Positions 25,801 through 41,309 of a stretch of 64,000 nucleotides of DNA are shown one piece after another; position 1 is the first letter of the stretch, and each line of letters begins with the position of its first letter. The notes beneath the pieces were generated by a model. The model was given only the letters and a program-made list of their open reading frames with translations, ran no database searches and was not told where the DNA came from. Where the stretch lies: positions 6,510,001 through 6,574,000 of the forward strand of contig CP075495.1 of assembly GCA_021613535.1 (NCBI GenBank), read 5' to 3'. Position numbers and translations under genes: made by a program. This DNA comes from Adineta vaga. Its lineage: Eukaryota > Animalia > Rotifera.

Positions 25801-28800
25801 AAATAAAGCACTTCGTTTAGCAGCAGCACGTGAAAGTGTAACAGGAGCACCAACTGATTTTGGTCTTGAAAGAAAAGGTATGTTATCATATAATTTCTTC
25901 TTTTTTTTAATATCATTGACGCATATCATTACTCAACTTCACTCTCTTTCTTCCGCCGTGTTTTTCGTTCCTCTAGCACGTATTCATCGTGGTTCGTACA
26001 ATTGATACATACAAAACTATACATTAAACGCCTTGATCATCTTTTTTCTTTTATTACTATCTATCTATAAATATATACACGCATCACCCGTATTCATTGA
26101 AATAAAATAAAAAAGAAATAACCATGTTCCTCTTAGACTTTGCTTGTCTTACGCTGATGTTTTGTCGCTATTATTGTTGTTTCCCATATTGAAATACATA
26201 TTAATAGTACATTTAAAGCTAGTTTGTGTTCCCTTGATTGGTTTTGTCTTGGAAAACAGATTTTATGTTTTCTTTCTTGTAGTATTAGCGACAACATATA
26301 GACTAACAGTTGTTACAGCGGATAAATTTGGTAGTGGAACAAATGCTAATGTTTACATATACATATTTGGAAAACATAATGATACAGGTTTGATTTATTT
26401 TCAATAGAAAGGAAAGATTTGATAGAATGTTTGGTTTCTTTTTTGTCACAATATAGGAAAAGTTCCATTAACAACATCAAAAACACACAATGATCCATTT
26501 GAACAAGGTCATGAGGATGTATTCGAAATTGAAGCTATGGATATTGGCGAACCGACAAAGATTAAGTAAGATTTGTTAATACAAGAAGAGAAAAAACACA
26601 TCAATCTATTTTGTAGAATTGGTCATGATAATGCTGGTCTCCGACCGGATTGGTTATTAGAACGAGTTGAAATTGATGTACCAAAATTGGGTCATACATG
26701 GGTATTTCCATGTGGTAAATGGATTAGTAAATCTAAAGGTGAAGGTCAATTAGAAGTAGAACTTTATCCAAAATCTATGGCTGGTTCAGTTTATAAACCA
26801 CGTAAGAATAAATGAATGAAAAGAAAAATGTTTTTTGAAACTTACATTTTACATTCATTTGAATAGATGTTCCATATGAAATTAAAGTAGTTACATCGAA
26901 AAAATCAGGTGCCGGAACTGATGCTAATGTTTTTATCGAAATTTACGGTATAGAACAGACCACTGGTGAAGTTTTCCTCTGTAGTAAAACTGATCGAAAG
27001 GGAAAATTTCAAACTGGTTCGACTGATACATTTGTACTTGAACTCGAAGATGTTGGCGATGAAATTGAAAAAATTCGTATTGGACATGATAATCATGGCT
27101 TCGGTAAGGTTTTATCGAATATTTTCAATCGTATATCATCATTATTTCATCATCGATAGGTGCTGCATGGCATTTAGATCATGTTGAAATTCGTCGATTA
27201 TTAAAAGGTGCAAAAACGAAAACATATGTGTTTCATTGTGATCGTTGGTTTGCTAAAAATGAAGATGATCATAATATTGTACGAGAACTTGTACCAGAAA
27301 GAGTCATCGAAGAAAAACTCGACAAACGAGGACAATTACAAGTACGAGAAAAAGAAGTTCGAGATCGACTTGAAAGTATGTAAAACTATCAAGTTTATAA
27401 TCTATATTTTTCTAAAAAAAAAATAAATTTGTTTTTTATTTCAAGTGAAACAATATACAGTTGATGTTTATACCGGAGATTTACCTCGTTGTGGAACAGA
27501 TGCAAACGTATTTTGTACTATCTATGGAGACAAAGGTGATACAGGTGAACGTGAATTAGCACATTCTGAAACACATAAAAACAAATTTGAAAAGAAACAA
27601 GTTGATCGATTTAAAGTTGAATGTGCCGATTTAGGAAATATCTATAAGTTAAAAATTCGACATGATAATAAGGGTTTATTTGCTGATTGGTTCTTGGGAA
27701 AAGTTGAAGTTATTGATGATATAAGAACATATGTATTCTTCTGTGAACAATGGTTAGCAAAAGGAAAAGGCGATTCAAAAATTGATCGAACACTTTATGA
27801 AAAAGTAAATTTTGTTTGTTTTATTCTTCTCTTAATTCTTAATTAATGTTTTTTCATCATAGGATTATCAAGGTTCAAAGAGTAGTTTGGGATCTATTCC
27901 TCGTTCAGTTGGTGGTTCACGAGCAACATTAGCATCGAATGAAAGTGACAATAAAAACGAACCATTTCATCGTAATCAAAAAAAGAATATCATGTCAAGT
28001 ATCGCTGAAGAATCTCGAGATCCAACTGAAGAAGGTATTCCATATACTGTTCGAGTTAAAACTGGTGAAGCACGTGATGCTGGAACATCAGCACATGTTT
28101 TTATACGTTTGATTGGTCGTAAAGGTCGGCAAACACGTTTAATACCATTAGAATTGATGCAACGACAACGTTTTGAACCGGGCAAAGTTGAAACATTTTC
28201 TTTACAGGAATCGGATATTGGTGACTTAGAAGTTGTTGAAATTGAACATGATGGTGAAACATTAGCTGATAGTTGGTATTTAGATGATGTTACAGTTGAA
28301 ATGCCAACGAAAGGACGAGCATTTTATTTTCTTTGTAACCAATGGTTATCAAGAGAAAAAGGTGATGGACGAATAAAACGAATACTTCGAGTACAAGATT
28401 CGAATCAAGGATCATTTCGTCCATGTAAAAATGTCTTTTTCTTAATTATAGTATATCTATACTTTTTGTTGTTTAGTAATTCCATATGAAATAACATTTT
28501 ATACAGGAGATGTTGAACATGCTGGATGTGATTGTGATGTTAGTTTGAAATTATTTGGTACAAATGGTTCATCATCAGAACATGTTATCAGGAAAGACGA
28601 AGGAGTTTTTGAACGTGGTTCAATTGATCCATTTAAATGTGAATTAGATGATGTTGGTGAACCAATTAAATTACGTGTAACAATTATACCGAAAGGTAAA
28701 AAAGGTCGACATCGATGGTTTTTACAAAATATTGATCTTGTTAAACATACAAAACAAAATGAACGACAAAAATCCTACTTTTTTGGTTTAAATGATTGGA

Positions 28801-30312
28801 TATCGAAAGAAACCGAATTTTTTCGTGATATACCAATAACAAAACGTGGAAAAGCATTGATTAAAGAAACAAATTATCGTGTTATAACAAAAACAAGTGA
28901 TCTCAGTGGTGCATCTTGTGATGCTAATGTTTTCATTGTTATTTCTGGTAAAAGATACACGAATTTTTGCTTTCTTGTTTCATATAAACGATGATTCATT
29001 TTATTTTTCATTAGGTCAAAATGGCGATAGTGGAGAATTAGAATTAAAACATTCATCCACTCATAAAAATAAATTTGAACGTAATCATGAAGATGTTTTT
29101 ATGTTTGAAAATATTCTCAGTTTGGGTCCGTTAACAAAATTACGTATACGACATGACGATACATCAATTAAAAAATCATGGCATTTAGAATATGTTCAAA
29201 TTGAAGATACTCATACGGGTGAATCATATATGTTTCCATGTGATAAATGGTTATCATCGTCAAAAGAAGATCGACAAATTGTACGTGAACTTGTATGCAG
29301 TAATGATTCATCCAATAGTAGTCGCCGAGGATCACTTACACCTTCAGGTAAAGTTCCATATGAAATTGAAGTAACAACTTCAGATAAACAACAAGCTGGA
29401 ACCACTCAACATGGATGGATTATTCTTGAAGGAGCAAAGAAGAGATCAGAAAAATTCTATATGAAAAATTTACCGCATAAGAAGATTTTACGAGGGTATG
29501 TGTCTTTCTTTTTTGAAATGAAGTTTATCTATTCAAATAAATTTCATAGTGGACAAACAGATGTATTTACATTCGAATGTCGATCTCTTGGTGAATTACG
29601 TCGTATTATTTTGGGACATGAAGAACGCCCTGAATATCCACTTAGATCATATGATGGTCGGGAAGCTATGTGGCATGTAGCACATGTGACTGTTACTGAT
29701 CCATCAACAGGAACAAAGTAAGAAAGAATTTCTTTGCTTTATTCTTCTTGTATATCAAAATCGTTTTGCTACTCTTCTTAGATATGATTTTCCTATTCGT
29801 CAATGGCTTGCTATTAATAATGATGGTGATGCTTTTGAATGTGTCGGCAAAAAAGAAGATTCTGTCACACAACAACGTCATCGTCAACCAACGAAATATA
29901 AAATTATTGTTCATACTGGTGATGTTTCACATGCGGGTACAGACGCAAATGTATCAATTATTCTCTATGGTACTTTGGGAGATACAGGTACTCGTGCATT
30001 AAAACAAAAAGGTCGTAATTTATTTGAACGTAAGCAAGTTGATGAGTTCATTATTGAATGTTTGGATTTAGGTAAGAAAAAAATGTTCTTTTAAATCTAA
30101 AAAACAATTCTATATTGAAATAAATAGGTAACTTAACAAAATTACATATTGAACATGATAATGCTATGTTATCTCCTGATTGGTTTCTTGATAAAGTTGA
30201 AGTAATTAATACGGAAACTGATGAAACAGTTTTATTTCCATGTAATCGATGGCTTAGTAAAAAACATGACGATCACGAAATTCAACGAGATCTTTTACCA
30301 ATGCATACTTAA
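19830..30312 (+). CDS. LOXHD1: Lipoxygenase homology (PLAT/LH2) repeat protein, LOXHD1-like, 17 PLAT repeats counted
   Basis: Repeated YxVxVxTGDxxxAGTDAxV...FE.xxxD.F...HDN.G..xxW.L...C..WL units starting near 20410, 21005, 21515, 22130, 22855, 23295, 23950, 24500, 25200, 26290, 26870, 27450, 28035, 28480, 28870, 29355 and 29890. His-rich N-terminus. Stop at 30310-30312. Confidence 0.94.
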
Positions 30313-30702
30313 TAAATCTGTGATAATTTTATTTTTCTATTTACCTCAGTGAATAGAATCGACTCATGAATACACTTACGACCATAATAAAGACAAGTTA
30401 ATGTGCTTTTTCACTTTTTTGTAATAGAAACTTGTAAGAAAAAGCGTCGAATTAATACCAACAACATAATATATATGTATACATATGTGGGTGTTGTGTG
30501 TGTGCGTGTGTGTATTTCTCATCTCCGTTTTCTTTTTTCGTTTGGCTTGACTCTATACGCATCTTTTGTTTTTTACCATTGTTGTTTCTAACATTAATAA
30601 ATGGTTTTTTTTCGTAATCAGAAAAACAATGAGTCTTATTCACATCATGACAATCAATACCAGTTCATCAATTATGGCGCGATCTTTTCTTAGTAAAAAA
30701 AA

Positions 30703-33700
30703 ATGCGATTGATCGACCAACAGCTCCTCATTCTATTTCTTATCTACAGTTGTTTATCTTCGGTATTCAGTTTCATTGAAAACTATGGAACTTGTCGAAC
30801 TAATCCCTTAACATTCGATGTTATAGAGGAACATTTAACATCAATTTCAAATCTCTATTTTCTTTTTGGTATAAAAATTCATCGACCATTTATGAATGAA
30901 TATGATCAAACTCATGCTGACGCAAGTTTATTTATTCTCGTTGTTTGTAAAAGAAATTCGTCAGATTGTATTTTAAGTGATGGTTCACTACCATCGAAAT
31001 ATAAACTTAGTTTTACAATAAACGGTGTACCCTATACTGATAAACATTCGAAAATTGATCATCTATGGCGTCGAACAAAACTTGTTAATTATGATTTTCT
31101 TTATGAACCATTTCATTCTCATGCATGGTATGATGAATCGAAGAATCCAGAAGATTCTATTTGGAATCGTTTTATTATGAATAGTAACTATTGATCAGTC
31201 AAGATTTGTTAATATGAGTAATATATTTTAGTGAATTCTAATGAATATGAAAATATTCATGCAAAATGGGTAATGAAATGAAAATTAATTTCTAATTTGA
31301 ACATATAGACTTCGATAAATCATATTTTATAGGTTGAATTCGATGTAAAAATAAGTGATGCTGGTATACAATTTATTGAAGGAGAACAAATATATAATAA
31401 TATATCTGTTCAACAATTTCTATTACGTATAGAAATCTCTTTTCCAATTGATTTTCTATACTTAATCAATTGATATTTAGATTTTTTTGTTCCAACATTT
31501 CAATGTTTACAACCACCGATAATCTATTTCGATGATTTTATTGCAAGTCGAACATATCTATCTGCTTTTCATTTTCAACTATCATCAGATCAATGTCATC
31601 TACATAAATATACATGTCATCTACAAATGAGACGAATCCAATTCGATCAATTTGGAATTGAACATCAGATAGTTAATCAAAGTGGTTCAATTAACATTAC
31701 AACAAACCATTTATCTTTATTTACACAACGAATTTTTAATGAACAGGCAATAAAATCAACGAATTTTATTGATCATATTTCTGAACAAGTAATCATTGAA
31801 AATAATTCTTATTCATATGATACAGAAATGTATCGTAATGCTACGTGTATTAATAAAAATTCGATTACATCAAGAGAATTTCTTTTATGTACACAAGATT
31901 ATATTAAAAATGAATTTTTTATACGAACATATCGTATCGATATTATCCTATGTGAATCATTAATATTAGAAATTGAACAATGTCAATTTTCACGTTATAA
32001 GTAAATCAAATAATTGTAGAAGAGAGAATTATATGTTTGTTTTTGCTTTTTATTAAGATATGTTTTGGGTGAAACTTCACGATTGTTTTTACCAATTAAA
32101 GGTGATAATATCAAATTTATTGGTTTTATTCGACTTTCACAAGATTTACCAGATGATGAATGGTAATAATACTTGAAATGTCTTCTTGTCTTATATCGAA
32201 TATCTTTTCATTGATTAATAATGCTATAATCAATTTTAGGACAAATTATCTGAATACAACTTATGATAAAATCTATGTATCTCAGCTAATACATTCTTAT
32301 GATTATACAATCGAAATCAAGACTGATATAAACAGTTTAAATACAGTTCTTCGTTCCTATCAAATAATCACTGATCAAAACTATATCTGTCATCTCCTAT
32401 GTCATGATAATTGTGTTCAACAATCTCCAGATCATTCCGATTACATCGTATCTTCATCAATTATCAAAGTTATTTTATTTTGTGTTAAATGTGATTTCTA
32501 TCAAATATATAAACAACTTGATCGTACTATGATTTCTAAATTTTTAATTATCTCCCGTGACATAGCATTATTAGAAATTAGACTGATCAATCCGATTGAA
32601 CAATTAATTATCAATTGTATTAATGATCAAAATGAAATATTAACTATTCGTACAAATTTTCGTTTGAACAATTCAAATCATACATCTCAATCATTTTCTT
32701 GTACAATTAATCCAATGAAATTCTATCCATATCATGATGAAATTATTCTTGAATGTCAAAATTTTACAACTCGTGCTGATGTCGTCGTTTGGGCAGTTAC
32801 AAATCAAAGTAATCTATCTATATAAATCAAGACATTTCTTTTTTTTTATTCTTTGTTTTTTTTTATAGAAGATGAATTAATTCGTTTTTTGTTAAATCCA
32901 TTGTATATAACAAATGAAGTTTTTAATTCAACATTTCGAATGAAAATCAATGGTCTTCCACATGGTGATATAGTTGTATTAGAAATCAGTTCATACTTAT
33001 TTTCTATAACTGATATTTATGAATTAACAGTATTAAGTTTAAGTGATACATTGATAATACAAATGAATATTGCGTTAGAATGGAATTATTTTTCTAGTGT
33101 AAATAAATCTCTTTCTTTTTTCTTACTTTAGAAACATTATTTATCTTCTAGGCATTTCATTTATTGAATGAATATTTAAATATATATGAAAATGACTTCT
33201 ATCTGTTGAATCAATCTTCGAATTCACGTCTACAACTTGTCGGTCTTAATCAAACAATATTTTTAACAACTATTATTAGTTATTATCGTTCAATATTGTA
33301 TTATATCGATGAAGAATTACTTTACATGAAAGCAATTGACTTTTCACAAAAGATTTATTCACTTGTATGTTTTCAATCAAAGAAATTCTATGTTTATATA
33401 TCCAATCTTTTCTTTCATATATATAGATTTCTACACATTTATTTAGATATAAAGCTTTCTATCCTGAATCGGGTAATATCTATCTAAATCAATATATTTC
33501 TCTTTTAATCCAATTATTTTCTCATCCAAAGATTGTTCCATATCAAGTCTATCATTTACTTCGGTATGAAATGAAACTTAAAGAAAATATTGTCCTTCAT
33601 CAATTCGAATATTCATATTGTTTTCTAGACATACAATGAAATTTATTTCTGCATCTTTACCAGATACATCACTCGTATTTCTCAATAAACTATTCGATCT

Positions 33701-36700
33701 TTGTATTACTTTACGTATATATATTAATCATCCGAAATCTTTACCTATATCCACAATAACGGATGCAAATAGTTTATTTCAATTTAATCAAATGATTAGT
33801 CGAATATTAACAATGATTCATCATCAATACATTTTCAATAAATATTCAGATAGTCGAATACAATATATCAATGATGGACCCATTGATTTCTTTATTGATA
33901 TGCCAATACCATTTCTTACAAAACGATGGGCCCTAACATTTAGTCCATCTTTATCGCATTCGAAATTAACTGCAGGTAATTCTGTACAATAATCTAATTG
34001 TTCACTTTATAAACATAATCTAGGTATTATTTATTATCCTCATGAATATATTCCAATTTATCATAAAACATCTACGACAATATCGATTGATTATCTAATT
34101 GGTCAATTATTTTCTATTGAACAAAGTAATTTCACTCGATTGAATTCTTCCTCACAGATATCGTTTTCACTAACACAAGACTATTTGGATACATCGAATT
34201 TATTACAACAGTATTTTTTCAAAATTCTCCTAACACGTATTGGAAAAAATCATTATTCACATAAATTTTCTTTTCAAACAAATACAACGAAATTAGCTCG
34301 AAATTTATCATTTATTTTTCTTGAATTACCAAATTCACCGAAATATGTTTTTACAATTGATATTCTTTACAGTAAATCATGTTCGAAAGATAAACGAAAA
34401 CAAGAAAAAAGTCATAGATATACAATTCAAATGAATTTATGGCGAACGAATCATTTTGTTTATTCCATACCGATTATATCATCAGCAGTCATATGTGGAT
34501 ACATCGAAGTTTCCTCAAAAGAAACAACGATTCAAAATATAAAACGAACAGGAAAATTTCTTGTAATTGAAACAGGTTGTTATGCATTTGAACAAAATAT
34601 CTATGAAGACTATTATTCAAAAGTATTGATCAATTCAGTTCTATAATTCATAAATAGTTGATGAATTTCTTTAGTTACTAAATGATAAATGTCAATTATT
34701 GAATGAGAATAAAAATGAATTAGACGATATTTTATTATCTAATGCTCATCTTACATGTCATTGTCAATCATCGATAAGGAAATACTTTATTCTTTGTCAA
34801 CCAAAATCGATTCTTGTTCAATTTGAAGTCAATGCTCAAACTTGGTTGCATTTCTATATTTACCTTTCTCTATTACTTCTAATCTTTTTACTTCTCGGTC
34901 TCTATGTCATATATAAAGATACATTAGAGGATTATGTATGTAGAATTTCGAAAAAATTATTCATTCATTCATTCATTGATTTAATTTTCTTAGAAACCAC
35001 TTGTAAATTTTGTAACTGATAATCAACTTGCTGCAATTAATGTTCATCGATATCAATTGACGATTTTTACAGGTCTTCAACAATCAACAATGAAAGATTT
35101 TCAGATCTATATTCGTTTAATCGGTGATAAATGTCATGATATATCGCATTGTTTAAATCTTAATTTATCAAATGTATTTCAACGTGGTAGTGTCGATCAA
35201 TTTCTACTCACATCATTTCTTGATATAGGTAAACTTACTCTCAGTATTGATTTCAATTTATTTTTCATTTATCTTCAGGTCAAATTGTTGCTTTGAATAT
35301 GTGGCATAATGAAATTAATAATCAATGTGATTTCTATATTCGTCATTGTATTTTATATGATTATAATCGTCATCGAATATATTATTTTTGTTGTTATACA
35401 TGGTTATCATTACGTAAAGGTTTGAATATAATCAATGAAATATTCTATGTTGCACAAGAAGTTGATCAATATGCATTTGGTCATTTGTTTCTTTCTACCT
35501 ATTCTTGGTTGTATTATCATTATCATTTATTAAATTCAATTTTTTCCAAACAAAAAATGAATACATTATCGAGAATTTATCGATTAAATTTCTACTTTTG
35601 TTTAATTATATTTCAACTTTATATTATTCAATTGATTATTTTTACATGTCGATCAATGAATATTCATCAACGATGTGTTTATTTGTTTCCAGGATTTCTA
35701 TTTTTTGTTGATCAATCATTTGTGACATCCGGTTGGATGGAAATCTATCAAGTAATTTCGAAAGAGAATCTATCTACGGATACGATTAACATCTTTCCTT
35801 GTTTTTGATCACTAGATAATTCGTTTGAATTTATTTTCATCATTTTTCATTGCAATAATCGTAAGTTTAATCATAGCATTTCTTACACCAATTTTTCTTT
35901 GGATGTTAACTTGTTTAACAAATCAATTGAAACTTTATGAACAACTTTCAAATGTTTCAACATATTATCCACATACAAATAATTTACATTCGACAATCTA
36001 TACAATTGCATCGAGTATAAATGATTTAAATTCATATCGTGAAGATATTGAACAATTTCGATATATTCATAAATTTGATTTACAACATCGTTTAAGTATT
36101 AGTACAATAGGAGAAAATGAACAAAGAATTTCTTCATCAGATACTGAAATTCGACAAAATAATAATAATGCTTTTGATGAACAAATAGTTCATCAAAATG
36201 AAATAATAGATGATGATAAACATTCCTCATCAACGGATCTTTCTCAATCAAGTGTACAAATACAAAACATTGTAATTCCTACAATGAAATTAAAAGTGAA
36301 TTGGTTAGTTTAATCCCGGCAGGCTTCATATTTCATATAAATCTTAATCTTCATCTGTTGTTTAGGCCGAAAATACCTTCACAACCTTCATATCGTATGT
36401 ATGTATTTTATTCATCTCTATACTATGGATTATCGCTTCTTCTTGTTATGTCATCTATTATCTGTATGTATGCAACGATGAAAACATTTACAGAAATTGA
36501 AAATTATTTTCTCACATCAACTATTATCTTTATTCATATTTTAACAATATTATTTACATTAGTATTTGAATTAATCTTTATTTTATTACTATCATTGTTA
36601 AATGCAACAGTTTTTCGATTAACTGATGAAGAAAAATTCATTTCACCTATCATTGAAGTAAATTCATATAGATAAATTAATTGATTTCTTTCTTTCTTTC

Positions 36701-38891
36701 TTTTTCTTATTTAGGTTCCTATTGCATCTATTCAAGATATTGAACAAACAAAATTAAATCATACATTTATTCTTAATCGAGATGTAACATTAACTGATGT
36801 TCAATTACGTGAACGTATACGGGAACGTTTTCTTGAATCATCGATTATTCGAGCTGTTAGAGATGTTATTGGTTATGTTTTATTTATGATTATTATCATC
36901 ATGGTTTTTGCGGAAAGGTGTATATTTCGATATTTGATTACTTATAATTAAACGTCAAACAACTTTTCATTTAGATCACGAAATGTTGAAACACGTTTAA
37001 CTATGCGCCAATATACGTTACAATTACTTCTCCGTGAAGATATTTTTCAAAATATCGATTATATACCTGATACAATGGTTTGTTATTCTTTGAACAAAAA
37101 AAAAGATTTCGAATTTAGTGTATTTGCATACACATGAATAGACTTGGATAAATTATATCATTGAAAATCGTCTATTTCTTCAACATAAAGATTATTCTTG
37201 TCAGAAAGATACATGTAACTATGTTCAAATTCGTATGTATGGATATTTTCGATGATTTTTCTATTAAGAAATCTTTTAATTTGATATCTAGCTGATTCAC
37301 CATTGTATCTTAGTAAAAGTATTCGTATACGTCAAGTACGTGTTGAACGAAAAGAATGTCATAAAAGAATACAAACATTTTTTCAACCTTTATTACCACC
37401 AAATTGTTTTGTTGGTGAAGATAATTTAATCAATGATGAATCATATGTTCTTCATGGACAACAACAATGTTCCGGTTGGAATCTTTCATTATCAAATTCA
37501 AAATGTCAAGATATATGTAATTATACAACTATATGGTCAGCATTCTCAACGAAACAAATTCTAAAATTCTATAAAACATTTGAATCACCATGGTATTATA
37601 TGTTTCATCTATCACCAAAAGAAACCGTATGTTAATCAACAAGATTTGTATCTAGTAAATAAAAGAATATCTATTCAAAGGTAGAACGATGTAATCGTAA
37701 AAGAAAATATTATGATTTAGAAAAATGTATGAAGAAATTTAACGATAGAAAGATTTCGATTTTGATATATTTAGATAAATGGCTTGATGATAAAACGGTC
37801 GTTATTATTATCGAAGGAAATTTATATTCTCCTCAAACATCATCGATGATATCTTTTGTATTAAATATTGAAAAAAATGAATATGGTATTATTGATAAAC
37901 ATATATTTATTGAAGTATCAGATTATGTTTTGACAACAACAGATGATCAAATTAAAAAACAGAATGATACAGAAGAAACAATCGAATTCAATGCTGATAA
38001 TGAGAAACAATTTGTTATTACACATTATTTATTTGCATTACTATTATGTTTTATTGTAAGTATTGAATTCAGAATAAGAAATTCTTCTTTACTCCTATAT
38101 AAATACTCGTGTGCGAAGATGAAAGAATTTTTATTGATAATTTCTATTCTCTTTTGACAAATATCAAATTTTAGTTTACAACAAAATTATTCGATGTAGC
38201 AAAATTTACTCGAAATTTTGGTTTATATGGTTTAGTATTTTTTCTTCGTACATTATCGAATATAATCGATGGTATTCTCTTGATACTCTGTTGTTATTAT
38301 TTTCTTTTATTCTATTTCGATCATAAAGTTCTTCAATTAAATAATCTTATTCAATCATTAAATATTCATCAATTATTTATTTCATTCCGTGTATTAATTG
38401 TCAATAATAGAATCATCAATCATTTGATTGGTTTAATATGTCTCTTTGCAATCTTTAAATTTCTTTATTTATTAAAATTTAATCCGAAAACTTATCTTCT
38501 TGCGGAAACTATTTATAAATCAGCAGAAGGATTTAGTACCATATTATTTTTTGCTTTTATGAATTATTTTATCTTTACATTAATTGGTCGATTACTTTTT
38601 TCGCATGAAGAAAATTTCCGAACATTTCTCGTTGCTTTTCGTGTTGTTCTGATTTCTTCGATTAAAGATGCTGCATCAACAGATACGATTATTCCAATAA
38701 CGCTTATTCGTGCACTTTGGCAATTCTGTCTATGGCTTTTTTCAGCGAAAATTATCGAATATTTTCTCATTTCATTTGTTATACAAAAATTTTCAAATAT
38801 TAGAAAAAATCATCAATTAACGGATGAAGAAAGAATTGTTGGAAGAATCTTTCAAACATTCTGGACTTATTTTGCTTTTAATAAGAAATAG
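30703..38891 (+). CDS. Polycystin-1-like (PKD1L/PKDREJ-type) multi-pass membrane protein, highly divergent
   Basis: Signal peptide, long ectodomain, GPS-position CxC (LTCHCQ), TM1, then a PLAT domain (YQLTIFTG...FQRGSVDQF...YTWLSL), further TM segments, polycystin TOP-loop motifs (IRIRQVRV; WLDDKT) and channel-like TMs. This is the canonical polycystin-1 domain order. Confidence 0.85.
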
Positions 38892-39880
38892 AAGATAGAC
38901 AGATAGACAAAGATTTCTTCGTCTCAACCAATTGAATGTTAGTGTTGATGAAAATCACAAGGGAGCCAATTTATATCGTCGTATTGACTAATGATCAAGC
39001 GTACATACATACATACATACATTTTGAGATGCTCTCGTTCGTTTGAGTACTGTCAAGTGGGAATGAGGCAGAGCAAAAGATCCTATTAAAAATTGTGTTC
39101 AAATGAAAGAAAAAGATGAATGTCGAATGAGAGGACAATATGGAACTGATTTCTTTTTCTTTTCTCGATTGTAAGTACCTCTCTTATTCGATTGTAAAGT
39201 AGAAGATCAGAAAGAAAATAAATGATGGTCAAACTGAAATACACTGTCGGAATCCGGAGTAAATGACAAGTGGTTAACAGTTTTCTTTTTGTTGTTTACA
39301 AGTAATTACTTTCGATATTGTTATCGAAAAGAATTTCATACTTGGAAAATGATCAATAATTAAGAAATAGAAATCTTCTCTCATGCAAATGATGTATTTA
39401 TGTTTTCTTTTTGTGCTCTAAAAGAAGAATAGAATGAACGGATGTACTTCATACCTTGAGGCATCTTTTCTTCTTACCTTTCTATTTCTCTTAGCAGATT
39501 TTGTGATTTGAGAGAAAAATATGCATTGAATAATTGGAGGGGAAGGATGAGTTGTTAAGAATAGAATACAAAGGGGAAAAAAAACGTATGGTTGGAAAAA
39601 AAGAAATCTCCACCCTCCCTAATTATCGCTTCAGTTTCCTCTCGGCAGGCATGGAATGTAAGCAACATTAGACCATTTGTTTCGTCTGTTGCGTGTTCGG
39701 ACTCGATTAATTGGTTAAGTGACTTCAATTAATACATATACACACGCAAATATATATTTATTTAGTTTTTGTCTTTTCTCCTGATCAGTACACACACACA
39801 CACACATATACACATACGGAAAAAAAAGAAAAACGAAAGAAAGATTAAATGAAAAGAAAAACATATATTCTAGAATATAA

Positions 39881-41309
<1,429 letters not shown>

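Noticed and set aside
20400-30300. Recurring GCTGGxACxGATGC-like repeats that could suggest an array
   Set aside because: These are the codons for AGTDA in PLAT domains, not a CRISPR array or DNA repeat.
39650-39675. TGGAATGTAAG, resembling the miR-1/206 5' end
   Set aside because: The 3' half does not match and no precursor hairpin is evident.
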